Below, piece after piece: positions 38,901 to 53,900 of a stretch of DNA of 64,000 nt. Made by a program: the position numbers and the translations under genes. This DNA comes from Stegostoma tigrinum (Eukaryota), in NCBI RefSeq assembly GCF_030684315.1, contig NC_081363.1, forward strand, positions 64,546,312-64,610,311, given 5' to 3'. Each line of letters begins with the position of its first letter. The first letter of the stretch is position 1. Under the pieces are notes generated by a model. It did no database searches. It was not told where the DNA came from and was given only the letters and a program-made list of their open reading frames with translations.

Positions 38901-41900
38901 AGTAGTACATAATAAAAATAATTACAAACAGCATCCTTAATATTGCCCCAGATTTTTCAACAGCCAGATAGTCGTTTCTGCAGCATTACTGGGAATTGCA
39001 TGCCAGGACTCTGTGGAATCCTGATGTAGCAGGCTCTGAGGCAATCGCTTGGGACATTGAAAAATCCACTAAAAAATTCTTCTATGCTTGGAACCCACTG
39101 AAAGTATTGATGTAAATTGGAGAATTCAGGAGGGTCAGCTGCAGTTACGTAAATAGTTACCCATGAAAAGTAAGACACAGTTAAAAAGTTAGTCAAACTC
39201 CAGTATAACTAATAAACGGACCCACACCTTCAACTGAACATTCATATCCCCAAAGTGCACCTGATTCGATAGTAACCCCCTTCCACCTAAGATTTCCTCT
39301 CCTCCCTCCATCTTCTACCTTTAAAACCTATTCTCCTCCTCACAACATGCCCTGCCTCCACAGGATATGACAACACACTCCCCTCCAACTCCTCACTGGA
39401 CATGATATCCCCTATCCAGCATCCCTTCCAACTATCTTACCAGCTGCATAGATCCCCCCGCAAGGCCAGTGCATGCTAGCAACTTCCAGATCAAGCAGTC
39501 AACTCCTGCCCATGGAACAGCAGCGCTGCTGTGTACAACCGCATGCAGTTTAGAGGGAGTGTTAGCTTTACCCACGCTAACACTTCCCTAGCCCTATCCC
39601 ATCTTGCACCCGACTCAACCAGTGCCCTACCCTCGTACTTACCTTATGCACTTAGCCTTTCACAGGAGCTGTCAAAGTGGCTGCCTATGCTACCAAACGT
39701 TTAGACCATAAGACCATAAGACATAGGAGTGGAAGTAAGGCCATTCAGCCCATCGAGTCCACTCCACCATTTAAATCATGGCTGATGGGCATTTCAACTC
39801 CATTTCCCTGCACTCTCCCTGTAGCCCTTGATTCCTCATGAGATCAAGAATTTGTCGATCTCTGCCTTGAAAGCATCTAATGTCCCGGCCTCCACTGCAC
39901 TCCGTGGCAATGAATTCCACAAGCCCACCACTCTCTGGCTGAAGAAATGTCTCCTCATTTCCATTTTAAATTTACCCCCTCTAATTTTAAGGCTGTGCCC
40001 ACAGGTCCTAGTCTCCCTGCCTAATGGAAACAACTTCCCAGCGTCCACCCTTTCTAAGCCATACATTATCTTTTAAATCACAACATAGGAAACAAATGTT
40101 GTGATAGAGGGGGGCATAGTTTGACTTCCCCTGACTATGTTGCACAACAAGGACCTATCAGATTTAAACTATGTTCTGCATTTCTGAATTAGCCCTGATT
40201 AGAATTGCTTGTCAAAAATACAGAGTGCATTTTTACCATAAACAGCTTCAGATTGCCACTCCCCAGAAAATCTGGGCCAATATTTTTGACTCCACTGTAA
40301 AATTACTCCAGAAAAATGATTGCTTGATTTAGTATCTGCTCTGAAATATCACTGCCCACACAAATTTATTCAAATCAGTGGCAGTACATCCTGCATTCTT
40401 AAATGTCTTATTGTCAACAATGTAGTTGCTACATGGGAGTTTACCCCACAGAAGTATAGCTGCAATGCAGACTGAGTCTCTCTGATCAATTAACATTCCA
40501 GCCACAGATATATTTCCCAAGAACAGCTTAGACCAATCAATCAATGTAATAGAAAATAGTACCTATACCAAATCAGGATTTTAAAAACAAACAGGCAAGC
40601 TCAATGAAGAATTTAAAAAAAACTCAATAATATTACTCTACAAGACTCTGTATAAGATATAAATTATATTAAACAGTGGAAATGAAATACCAATCTCAGG
40701 ATTTTAAACAAATATTATCAAAAGGAACTTTAGGGATGAGACAAACTTTGCCATAATGAGTTGTGTCTACAATGAACCTTCACTTCTATACAGTTTGAAA
40801 AGAAACATGTCATATAACACAGACAGTAGTCATTAATCAGCACGTTTGGCAATGTAAAACTATAACAAGTGTAACAGAAGTGTGCTAACTATTGCTTGGG
40901 TACTAATTTCAAAGAACTGTTCAGAACATGAGCAGGAAAGGTCAGAATATATAAAATAAGTATTTTGTTGCATTGAATACTAATGAAAATCTTAGCTTCT
41001 AACAATCAAACTAACTTCAAGACATTTTAAAAAAGTATTAAATACTGCAAACTGCAGTGAGTGCTGTCACATTCTGTCTGAATACTATTTTTGGATCAAT
41101 CTAGGTTGATGACAGCTTCTTTGCATTGTTGGTCACAAAGGTCACACATAAACACAGGCCTGACCAGTGTTCTCTAGAAATTTCCCGATTCACAAAAATA
41201 ACTCAAATTTTATGAGCTGACATCTTCACTTAGTAAAGTCATAGGAAAAGTTGATATTTTTTATTAAGAATAATGATCACGCTTATAAGTGAAGGGTCGT
41301 CTTTTGACAGTAAGGTCAGGCATGTTAGTTAGGGACAACAGGATACTCTTTACTTAGCCTGATTGTGTTATTCTTGATTTAGGGTCTATGAATGTTGACA
41401 CTTGATGGTCAAAATGAAAAAAACGTTCTTGTGTGTATTCCCACAAGGACATGTATTCAAACAGTCCTTGCACCTCTTCTAATCAAAAAAAATTAAAATC
41501 GCTATTTTTAATGAAATCAACATTGATCCAGCAAGTTAAATCCAAAGCTAATCACAAATTAATACTTCTCTTCCGGAGTGATCATTCACATTCTCAGGGC
41601 ATTCTACATATCATCAGTATCTCTAGTTTCACTGAGATCTATGTTACACACAACATAAACTTACATCGTAAAAACCAAAAGAACTGAGAATGCTGTAAAT
41701 CAGGAACAAAAATAGAAGTTAGTGAAAAAGCACAGCAGGTCTGGTAGCATCTGTGAAGAAAAAAAAAATCAGTTAACATTTCTGGTCCGATGATTTTTCC
41801 TCGGAACTTGCTCAGTTCTGAGTAAAGTTAACTCTGATATTTCCTTCACAGATGCTGCCAGACCTGCTGTGCTTTTCCACTAATTTATGTTTTTATTCGT

Positions 41901-44900
41901 AAACATTATAGTCAGCCTGACTGGATCTTGTTCTATGTAATAGATCATTGAAAATACTTATTGTTCACATACCTGGTTAGAATGTGTCACAATGAGAGTC
42001 CTCTGCTCTGGAAAGTTGTGATACAGGTTAGAAATTATCTGTACAGCCACATCAGTTTTTCCTGTACCTGGTGGGCCTACTACCTAAAACACAGAAATCA
42101 GTAACAAAGAAAAATGTGGGGAAACAGTCAGTCAGTCAGTTAAAACACTTCCTGTAGATCCTCCCTGACCTACAGGGTATTTTCAGCATCTTTTGTTTTT
42201 ATTTTAAATTTCCAGCATTTGGAGTATTTTATTTTTGTTGCATTAAACGCAGTCAAATAAATACTTGCAAAAATGAGCAAGAAGAGGGAACAAAAGCTAA
42301 ACATTTCGTTATGTTCTTACCATTGTTAGCCCTGGCTGCATACCAGCCCGAATTGCTTCTATCTGTGTTGGTGTGAATTGAATCGTGTTTCTGGAATTAA
42401 AACCCACATGAGAATAAACAACATGTCAAGAGAAAAAAAAAGCATTCTTCTGAATTTCAAATTAATGCCCAAAATTAAAGGCTCATAACTCTGATGAATA
42501 CCTCATCTACATTTCAGCACATCCTACTTTATGATAATGACTCATCATAAAATGAGGTTTAATTTGCTTTTCAAGCCATCATGCTGCTGCTTCTTTGCTA
42601 ATGCTACCTCAGTTATTAATAAAACCTATTTTTAAAACTCAACTGTCTGAAATGTTTCCTTCCACTCTCATGGCTTGGGTTGCTTACTACAGCTGAATGC
42701 TGATAAGGTAAATTCCATTTGTCCAAAGTATTGGGTGACCTTAAACAGGGATGTGACCTTGTCCTGGGAGGTGGCCAGGGTATTCACTCCGAGTTTAGTC
42801 ACCAGTCAGGCACAACCTGAAGCATGACTGTATACTATCATAGTCTGGTAAGAGTATAGATGGAACCTGTTAGCGTGGTTAAAGACTACTTAAATTTTAT
42901 GTAGGATACGGTTTTTTCTTAAAGTATTAAGGAACACACTTATACAAAAACGCCTAAAGCAGCACCAACTATAAAATACTTAAATGTACATTTAGAAACT
43001 ACATGAAATACTTGGTACCCAAAATTTAACCCGAAACAAACACATTAAAAACAGATCAAGTAGTTATTCACCTGATTCCTGGTTTAATACAAAAATAACA
43101 GAATTTATCTAACTAATAGTAACTGCACAACTTTTGAAAATTCTTTTCATAGGATGTGCGCTCCTGACTGGGCTAGTATTTATTGCCCATCCCTAGTTGC
43201 CCTTGAGAAGTCGATTGTGAGGGGACTGCACGAATCACTGCAGCCCATTTGGTGTCAGTAATTCCCCAATGCAGGTCGGGAGGAACACCGAGAAAAACTG
43301 TCAAACATTTACAAGTCAGGATGGTGAGTGGCTTGGAGCTGAACTCACGTAACTGCTACCCTTGTCCTTGGAGATGGTAGTGGCTATGGAAGGTGCTAAG
43401 GGGTTTTGGTGAAATTCTGAAATGTATCTAGCAGACAGCACACACTGCTGCTACTGTGTGTGAGGGGTGTTAAGAGTGATTGTTTATCAATTATGGTGCC
43501 AACCAATTCAGCTGCTTTGTCCTGAATGCTGTAAAACTTCTTAACTGTTGTTGAAATTGCACTCATCCATCTAAGTGCGTAGTATTCCATCACACTGTTG
43601 ACATCTGCTTTGTAGATGGTGGCCAGGCTTCTGGTAGTTTGGAGCATAGTTACTTGTCACAAGATTCTTAGCTTCTGACATGCTTTGTAGCCACCACAAT
43701 TATTACTATATCCCCAGAATGCTAACAGCAGATTCAGCAATGGTAATGCCACTGAATGGTTAGATTTTTCTCTTGATGGAATGGTTATTGCCTGGCACAT
43801 GTGTGGCGTGAATCTTTCTTGCCATCTGTTAGCCCAAGCCTAGATGCTGTCCGGGTCTTGCTGCACTTGTAAATCAACTATCTCATTACCTGGGGAGGCC
43901 ATGATTGCACCACGTCCAATACCAGCCATCAGCAAACATCCCTATATCTGACCTTACGATGCAGGGAAGGTTCTTGATGAAGCAGCTGAAGATGGCTGGG
44001 CCTAGACACTGCCCTGAGGAGAACATGGAGCGATATCCTGGAACTGAGACGAACTCAAATAAACATAGCCAACTTTCTCTGTGTCAGGTGCAACTCCAAC
44101 CAACGGAGGGCTTTTCCTCAAAGCCATTGACTCTTGCTTTGTTAGGACTCCTTGATGCCACAGTTGATCAAAAGCAGCCTTCGTGTCAAGGTCACTTGTG
44201 CCTTATCTCTGGAGTTTAGTGCTTTTGTCCATGTTTGAACCAAGGCTATAATGACACAGCAGCTGAGAGGCCTAATGAATTTGAAACTCAAACTGAATGT
44301 CTGTGAGCAGATTGTTGCTGAGAAAGTATTATACGAGTAACAGCACTGTTGATGGCAGCTTCCATCACTTTACTGATGATCAAGAGTAGACTGAAGGGGC
44401 AGTAATTAACTGGGTCGGATGTGTCCTGCTTTTTGTGGACAAGACATACCTGAGCAATTTTCTACATTGTCAGTTAGGTGCCAGTGTGGTAACTGTATTG
44501 GAACAACTTGGCTCGGAGTGTGACAAGTTCTGGAGCACAAGTCTTCAACACTGTTGTTTGAATGTCAGGGCTCACACACTTTGCTTATCCATTGCTTTCA
44601 GCCATTCTTGATTTGAAACAGAGTGAATCAATTTATCACGAAGATTGGCATTTGAGTTGCTGGGGACCTCTGGAGGGGGCTGAGATGGATCATCTATGCT
44701 ACACTTCTGGCTGAAGATTTTGCAAATGTTTCAGCCTTATCTTTTACACTGATGTTCCGCGTTACCCAACCATTGGGGATGGTGATTTTTGTGGTGCCTC
44801 CTCCTCCAAGGAGCTGTTTTATTGTCCCCCACCATTTATGACTAAACATGACAGGACTGGACCTTAGATCTGATCCACTGGTTATAAAATCACTCACGCC

Positions 44901-47900
44901 TAATACTGTCTAATACACGTTGCATATGCAGTTTGGCATACATTAGTACTGTGTTGTAGGTTCACAGGCAGATGCCTCCTTTTTAGGTATGCATGATGCT
45001 GCTCCTGCCATGCTTTTCTGCACTCTTCATCCAACCAGGGTTGAGCGTCTGCCTTGATGGTAATGGTACAGTGGGTATCACACCAGGGTACGAGTTTGCA
45101 GATTGCATTAGAGTAGAATTCCGCTGATGGCCCCCAGCTCCTCATGGATACCAGTCAAGTTGCTGGATCTGTACAAAGTCTATCTTATTTAACAAAGTGA
45201 TACTGCCACAGAATAGGCAGGAGAGTATCTTCAGTGTGACAGTGGGCCTTTACTTAAATTGCCACGGGCAGGTGCCTTTATGGCAGTAAAAATGGTGAGG
45301 GCGAGGACAAGTATGTCCTTCCCTCTTGTTGGTTCCTTCACCAAGTGCTGTAGAACAAGTCTCCCAATGATGTCACTCAGGATACTATCAAATACATCAG
45401 TAGTGGTGCTGCTAAGCTATTCTTTGTGATGGACAGTGAAGACCCCAGTTTCACTGCTTCCTCCAAGTGGTGTTCAATAGGATTTGTACTGATTTGTCAG
45501 GTGTGGGGTGGGGAAGAGATACGTGGTAATCAGTATGTTGATCCTGTTTGACCCATTACCTCGAGTCAGGTCTTTTGATGTGAAGGATTTCAAGTTTTTT
45601 TATAATGTCTGAAAGCAACGTATGAAAATAAGGGTCTTTTTATCCAGTCCTTCTATTCAGATCTAAACAATACCAATGCATCATATCATTACAGAATTAT
45701 TTATTTAGCAGCTCAGTGCATCTCATGCTTAGAGTGAGCATAGACACATACAAAGTACGTGGCTTCTTCATTGTGACACAAATTCAGATCCTCTCAGTTC
45801 ACAATTGTCCACCTCCTGGTAATTGGTTGACACAGTGGTTGAATTATTGGGGTGGGCGTGAAATTTTAAGACTCTTCCTTCAGAATAGTGGCCTGGCTAT
45901 GAATGCCTTTTTTTTAAATTAAAAATTTGTACAAGTTGGAGACAGGGCAGCTCCTTTGTGGAGCCTGCTCTCCCTCAATTAAACATAAGTTCATCTTGCT
46001 GTTGCTTTCAAATTGGACAACCTTCTCTTGGCCAACCAGCATCAACTGCTAGCTCAGGCATACTTAACAGGAAAGCGAGCCCATCCTTTTCTCCTTAATT
46101 GGCTGCTTTTGGGAAAATCAAAGGTGGCAGGATGTCGAGTCAATGACATTTTTCCCTGTAAATGGTACTTGCCAATGGTTGAACATGAACTGCAGGGGCC
46201 ATGAAATGTAACAGGTTAGAAACTAAAATAGGACAATTGAATGAACAGACAAATCACTAAATTATTAGGAAACTCTTCTGTCATTACCTCTTTGGCTGGT
46301 TATACGGGTAAGGTCCTCTGTTTGGAATCACATGAGGTTCAACAATTAAAGTTGTAGTCGCTTCCTTCTCTCCATCATCATTTTCCCCTTTTCGTTTTTT
46401 CCCTTTTCCAAGCTGCAAGGGGAACGTGATCCTAAAGTTTAGGGTGGGGAGGAATGCTCATAATAGTGATGACAAAATTATTACACATTTTTCTCATTAA
46501 CCAAAATAATTTTCATTTTTCCATTAACACTGTTTTACTGTATTCTGCATTACACTGTACAACACTATAAACAAGATGACATTGAATGCAGGATGCATCT
46601 TTCTAAAAAGGTACTACAATACTCAATTACATGAATATATTTTTGAACTGAGAAAAAAAACGGATTAAAGTTTGCAGATGTCAATATAAATTCTTACCTG
46701 AAGGGAGGCTTTTGCAGAGCAGAGTTCTCAACCGTTGTTTTAATAGTACACCCAGGAAAACTAGCTTTCAGGTGCTCAGTAGAGAGAAAGGTATCATTAA
46801 AATCTAGTTTGGAAATCTGATTTGGCATTTTAGAATAATGAGCACTTCCAGGGTCTCCATATCCGAGTATTATATCATGAAGCCAGTCAGGGACTACACA
46901 CTCTGTATTCATTAGATTGCGGATGGTCTCGAGCACTGCCTGAGGATTTGAAATTTGAAAATGGTCACTCAAAATGAAAGTTACAGCAGTCAAGTATGGT
47001 AGAATACAATAAAATTCTTACTTAAAAGAGAGAGTTATAGACGAAATCACTGCTGTTTTTAATGTGACATAATGTGTCTAAAACATATGAAGATCATTAG
47101 TTCTGTATTTTTGAATGTTATATTAGCGGCAAAAGGGTTTAAGAGTCTTAGTTCAGATTTCTCTTACGGTTAGCGGGTTTAGTTTACAGTTAGAAAGGAC
47201 AATGCAATGTCAACATCCATTTTGTGAGCGCGAGAATACAACAGCAAAGCTATACTGCTAAGCTTGTTTGAGAACTGGTCAAACCACATTTGGAATATTG
47301 TAAGTGGTTTTTGGGTCACATATTTAAGGATGAATGTGCTGGCCTTAGAGATGGTTCCGAGGAGGCTTATAAGGGCTTGTCATATGAAGAGTGGTTAAGG
47401 ACTCTGGATCTGTACTTGGAGTTTAGAAGGGTCAGAATTCTGATTGAAACTTATAGAATAAAGAAAGACTTGCGTAGAGTGGGTGTGAAGATGCTGCTTC
47501 CACTATAAGGAGAAAGAAGGACAGAAGGGCACAGCCTCAGAGTGAACGATGGCCCTACAGAACATAGCTGAGGAAGTACTTTTTCAATCCAAGGTTAGTG
47601 AATCCATAGAGCTCAGTGCTACTGAAGTCTGTGAAGGCAAAATCATTAAGTGTATTTAAGACAGAGATGGATAGATTCTTGATTAGTAAGGGGATCAAAC
47701 GTTACAGGTAGAAGGCATGAAAGTGTGGATGAGAAACATATCAGCGGATTCAATGGATCGAACGGCCCAATTCCACATCTTATGATTGTGTGTGCGTGTG
47801 TGTGCGTGTGTGGGCGTGTGTGGGCGTGTGTGGGCGTGTGTGGGCGTGTGTGGGCGTGTGTGGGCGGGGGGTGGTCTGGAGTGCAATGATGAACTTGCAG

Positions 47901-50900
47901 GTAGTTCTGTAGCTGTGGTGATTTCTTTTAAATCAATATTCGAAAGAGATTTCCGGGTAATATCAATGTTTTATTCATGTTGGGAGTTTACAAATGAGCA
48001 AAGTAAACTATGTATTGCATTTGGGTTTCAGATAAGAGACTCTGGAATAATTTTTTTTAAGTTTGGGGAGACACCTATACCTTGAAAGAAAGCTTCTGGG
48101 TTTCAGTTTGACAACTTTAGTCAGAGTCATACTGAATGGAATCAGACTCTCACATCTAACTCGTCCATGCCGACCGGGTTTTCCAAACTAATATAGTCCC
48201 ATTTTCCTGCATATGGCTCATATCTCTCTAAACATTTCTTATTCATACACCTGTCCAAATGTCTTTTAATTGTTGTAACTGTACCTGCCCCTATTACTAT
48301 TTCTTGCAATTCATTCCATATATGCACCATAGTGTGTGGGGGGAAAAAAATGCCCCTCAGGACCCTTTCAAACATTTCCTTCTCATTTTAAACTGAGCCC
48401 TCCAGTTTTGAACTCCCCACGCTAGGGAGCAGACCTTTGCTATTCACATTATTTATGCCTCTCATAATTTTATAAACATCTATAAGCTCAACCCTCAATC
48501 TTGTACGGTTCAGGGAAAAATCTCCTAGCCTACTTAACCTTTCTTTATAACACAAATCCTCCAGTCCTGGTAACGTTCTTGCAAATCTTTTCTGCACCTT
48601 TTCTAATTTAATACTTAATGCCAACATAATTTAATTTCTACAGCAGGATGACCGAAACTGTTGCCAGCACTCCAAAAGAGGTCTTACCAATGTCCTATAC
48701 AGCCACAACATGATGTCCAACACCTATCCTACATTTTGCACAAGTATTGCCTAGAAGTGTGACTGTGTGTGTGTGTGTGTGTGTGTGCGCGTGTGCGTGT
48801 TTGTTTTGCACATTCTTCCCATGTCTGTGTGAGTTTCCTCCCACAGTCCAAAGAATGTGTAGGTTAGGTGGATCGGATGTGTGAAATTGCCCATAGTGTC
48901 CAGGAACATGCAGGTTATGTGGATTATGAGGATTATGAGGATTACAGGGATTGGGTGGGGGCAAGTCTGAACAGTTGCTCTTTGGAGAGTCGGTGTGGAT
49001 TTGTTGGGCCAAATGACCTGTTTCTGCACTGTAGGGATTCAATGCATCTATTTTAGTTTATTCCATTCTAAATTCATTTCTTTGGTGTAATAAATTTCTA
49101 TTTTATAGTTAGAACTAAAAATGCAACATTGCTAGTTATGGTTCACTGGAAAACATAACTAAAACAGAAAGAAATTATAATCTCTCAAGTCAGATTTCAG
49201 ACTGGGATCTGATTTGGATAGCAATAATATCCAGGATCATAAAACAAGCCATCAATTCAACATACATAGCATGATTGGGAAAAGCTGTCAAATGTGCAGA
49301 TATTCATAAAACATGGGAATTACAAAGAAATTCCACAGACCATGGTACTTTGACACTGGCATTACTCTTTAAAAAGTTCAAAGTATGGGGGGGACGCGGG
49401 GAGTGCACGCAGGTCAGTTGTTGCAGAAAACACCGTCAGTCTGCTATTGCGGAATGGAAATGGAAAATGCTGCAAACACTCAGGTCAGGCAGCATTTGTG
49501 GAAAAAGAACCTGAGTTAACATTTTAGGTCAATGACCTTTCAATTGAACTTTAATAAAGTGTCATCAAACCTGAATTGATCATTAGTTTTTCCACAGCTG
49601 GTGCCAGAGCTGCTCAATATTTTCTGCTTTTATTTCAATTACCAGCAGCTACAGCATTTTGTTTGAGTAGTTTTGAAGGGGCCATTCTGGTAATTATGCC
49701 CTGAGGTCTTTGACATAATGTGTTTTAAATAAAATAATCAACAGAACCAAGATTCCATATGCCATTAGTCTCCAGTCTAATTTAGAATGAATATATGAAT
49801 TATAAAAACTGACATCCATGTGTCACGAGTAAAGTTAATCAGCATGGAGACTTCAGCAGCATTAAAAAGAGATAACCTTTGGCCGTTCATGACCATTAAA
49901 TGTCAACATGGTTAAGAACTCTAAACAGGTACATCATAGTTTTAAATTTAAGGTCCAAAGCAAAAAGATTACTGTGTTTTCATAAACATACACAGCTGTA
50001 TTGCAAATTAACTCAAACCATAAACTGCACTATATTTAGACAATATGAATTCCAGGGAGGAAATGGTGTGACTATTTTTTTCATTCATCCTTAGAATGTG
50101 GCAGCTTCTGGCAGGGCTACCATTTATTGAGCATCTCTAACTGTCTCAAGAATTTTTTTTTGTTCTTCAACTTGTTCTTGAACTGTTGGTGGCTTCTTAG
50201 TATAACACTGGAGTCACATAGGCCAAATTGAGTAAGGTATTCTCTAAAAGGATATTGGTTACCTGGGTGAGTTTTGTGAATAATATGGCAAATTTGTGGC
50301 AAAGGTTTGACTTATAAAAGAGTTTTTAAATGGAATTAAAATGATCAAACTGCAATGATGAACTCTAAATTCTCATTCTCTGGATAACTAATTCTGTAAT
50401 ATTCTTTCTGCTCATAATGAATAATTAATTTGCTAAAATTGCAGCACGGTGGCTCAGTGGTTAACACTGCAGCCTCACTGCGCCAGGGCCCAGGTTCGAT
50501 TCCGGCCTCGGGTAACTGTCTGCGTGGAGTTCGGACATTCTCCCCACGTCTGCATGGGTTTCCTCTGGATGCTCCAGTTTCCTCCCACTGTCCAAAGATG
50601 TGCAGGCTAGGTGGATCGGCCACGCTAAATTGCCCATAGTGTTCAGGGGTGTGTGGGTTATAGGGGGTTATGTCTGGGTGGGATGCTCCAAGGGTCGGTG
50701 TGGACTTGTTGGGCTGAAGGGCCTGTTTCCACACTGTAGGGAATCTAATCTAATCTAACCTAATTGTGTGAAGCAGAATTATGGAAAATTGCATTATGAC
50801 CACCTTAAAATTATTTTCCTTGGGTTTTCTTCTCATGATAATATTGAAGGTCTCATAGACATCTTCCGCTCCACTCTGAATGGAGAAGCTCATGTCCTGC

Positions 50901-53900
50901 TGATACTGGTTGGGATCCAACCATACTCGGTAGGTTCGTGAATCTCCCTTCAGCTTTGGTTTAGGCTCAGGACCTATGAAAAGACAAAAGTGACCATTAT
51001 AAGTTCCAGGAGGTAAACAGTGATATATTTTTAGTGTTATGTATATGCATACTCAGTAGAGAACCTCAACAAGTCCTTTCACAAGTTCAGGGCATTGCAA
51101 AGTAATTCACAACTTTTTGAGTTGTAAGTCATTTATTTTAAGACAAATGTGACAATATGCATGCAGCAAGCTTCAACAAACAAGAAATAACTAGTTAAGT
51201 AATTTCTTTTACTGAGAATGGATGGTTAATTCACCAATACATTGGGAGAAATGTCCTTCTCTGCTCTGAGGCACGCCATGGAATCTTTTAGATTTACCTA
51301 AACAGACATACTGCTGCTGTTCAACTTCTCATCCAATACATCTCCATGAATTTAGCAATCCGAGTAATTGTAACAAAATATCAAGCCAGATCCTGTGCAC
51401 GTGGTCCTGGAACCCACAGCTCGCTTGACTCAAATGTGAAAATGCACATGAGTGAACCAAACAGATACAATGCATGGCTTAGTATTTGTGTTCTAGATAC
51501 ACATGCACTCATTCTAATTTTTTTTTAAATCTTCAATGAGAAACATAAAAAAGTACCATCTTCAATGACCCGTCCTTTCTCATCCAGCATGCCTTGAATT
51601 TCACATCCTCGCACAAACACAAGCCCATACTGCTCTGCGAATGGCTGCTTTCGATCAAACTTTGTGCCATAAGCCAATACTGGTCGAACAGTTATAAGGA
51701 AGCACACATCATGTTTGCGAAGTGCTACAAAATTGAAAATGCAATATGTAAAGGCAGAAAACAGTAAAAATATGCACAATCCTGCTCTTTTCGCTGACCA
51801 AACAAACAACACAAACAGTGACTATTTGGAACAAGGAGAGGATTTATCCTTTCAATGTAAATTATTTTAATTATACAAGTCTAGCCAAAACCAGATGAGA
51901 TATATTATAACATATAATTAGTTAAACAAGTACAAGCTTTTTTTGATGTACTGGGGTCACAATTTCAGGTTTTCTACTTCTTTTCTCTTTCTGTGGGTGA
52001 TTCAACACAATGTTTCAGCATTTGGACAATTTACAATATCCTGCAAAACAGGAAATAATACACTTTGTAGCCACTGCAAAATGACGCAAACACGGAGTTA
52101 CCTTCCCATTCCTCTCTGATTTGAGAGCGAACATTGAGGTTGATGGTCACATCCGCACGGACTCTTGCTGGCCAGTTCTGACCAATATTGGGTTTTGCTA
52201 CTTCGACAATGGAGAAAGTGACGATAGGCTGAGCCATTCGAGCCCAGCCACCAAATACAACTCCTCCATACTCGCCCTGCCTAAGAAGATATTAAACAAA
52301 TTAATGATTCAAGCAAAATACTGTTAAGTAAATTATCTCACCCAGCATTGTAACAAAATAATCCCGTAAAATTATTTTCCAACTTAAAATGGTTAAAATT
52401 GGATTCAGTTTGGTAACAAAGAGCAAGCAAAGTGACTTAAGTATTGCATTCCCAGATTAATTTCAGAACAGTAAGAATTTTCTGGTGATAATGGTAAAAA
52501 GGCCATTTCAATTCAACTTTCATCAAATACTTTTAATGTCTGAGACCATCATGCAGCAAAGGGACTTTTAAGAGGACAACTACTAACCTAAAATAGCTGC
52601 TGACATTACCTGACCAGGTTGAGTCAAGCTCATGAAACCATCAATAAAGGAAGAGCAACCTGAGCAGAAATCATGATAAAAAGATATGGAAATTCAGATC
52701 TCAAGTCCCTTGTTAATTTGCACCTTTCTGAAAAGGTACACACCAGAATAAAAGTTGCCTACTTACTCCAGCTTGAATATACTATGATGCCACAATCCAA
52801 AAAAAGACATCAGGTGACAGCTTTTGAGCGGCAGAGTGCAAAAAAAAACACAAACTGATGACAAGATGCTTCCAAGTCAGTGCCAGGTGAAAAAGCAACT
52901 TGAAACAGCTAATATTCACCAAGAACTCAAAAGAGACCTGTGCAAGCATTTCAACTGCTGAAATAACAGTCATGACTCAGGTTGTTCTTACAACTCAAAG
53001 ACTCTTAGAACTTCAAACTGAAATTGGCTTTATCCTTTTGTCTGTACTAGGCACCCTTTGCCCTTCTTTCTAAACTTAATGGCATTTGTGCATATTTGAT
53101 GTCGCATTTTTACTTTTTTTGGGGAGTACTACGTAACCAAATTCCTTTTTCATTCAAACAAATCTTGTAATTTGGAGCTTTTATTTGCTTCTAGTTAATT
53201 ATGTTTATTTGCAACGTGATAGTTACATGCCAAAAAAATTAAATATTTATTGAGATGGACCAAAAGGTGAGCCGATTCCCCATCCTCACTTGACTGTAAC
53301 GCATGTGGGGCTTAATCTATGATGCATTCACTGATGATGACAAAATTGGAGTGGGGTCAAGCAAATTGTTCCTTCAATGCAGTTTGAAAAACAACTTTGC
53401 AGAAATATAAAAACTGGAAAAAAGGTTTTCTTGTGGTGTCTCTAAGGTTTATAAATGCTGCGATATTCATATTTGATGTCAATGTTTTAAATGAACTGGA
53501 TATAAAAGTATGAAAAATTAAGTGTTAACTTTACAAGCATTAAAACAGGCAGCTATGCATCTAGAGAAGTTCTTCCTGAAAACCATAAAAACAAATAATT
53601 ACAACACTGGTCGCTGACAATCTTGGAGCTAGAAACTGAGGCAACAACTTCTGAACAGCAAAGCAGAGAGGGCAAAAGGAATATGAACTGATAACAAGAT
53701 GCCGGAATGATCTCTCTATTCCCCTGTCTCTTTACACCTCAAAGTCAGTCCCTGACGAATAAACAACTATAAAACTCGAAACCCATCTTTACCTTCATGC
53801 CTATACTAGAAACCCTCTTCTCTTGTCTTTCTTTAACTTAGCACCAGTTATTGCATGAGCATTTAATGTGACACTTATTATTTTGAGATTAATAAGGTTC

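Noticed and set aside
50441-50515. tRNA gene
   Set aside because: The A/B boxes belong to the head of a SINE that continues into a V-domain and a LINE-like tail.
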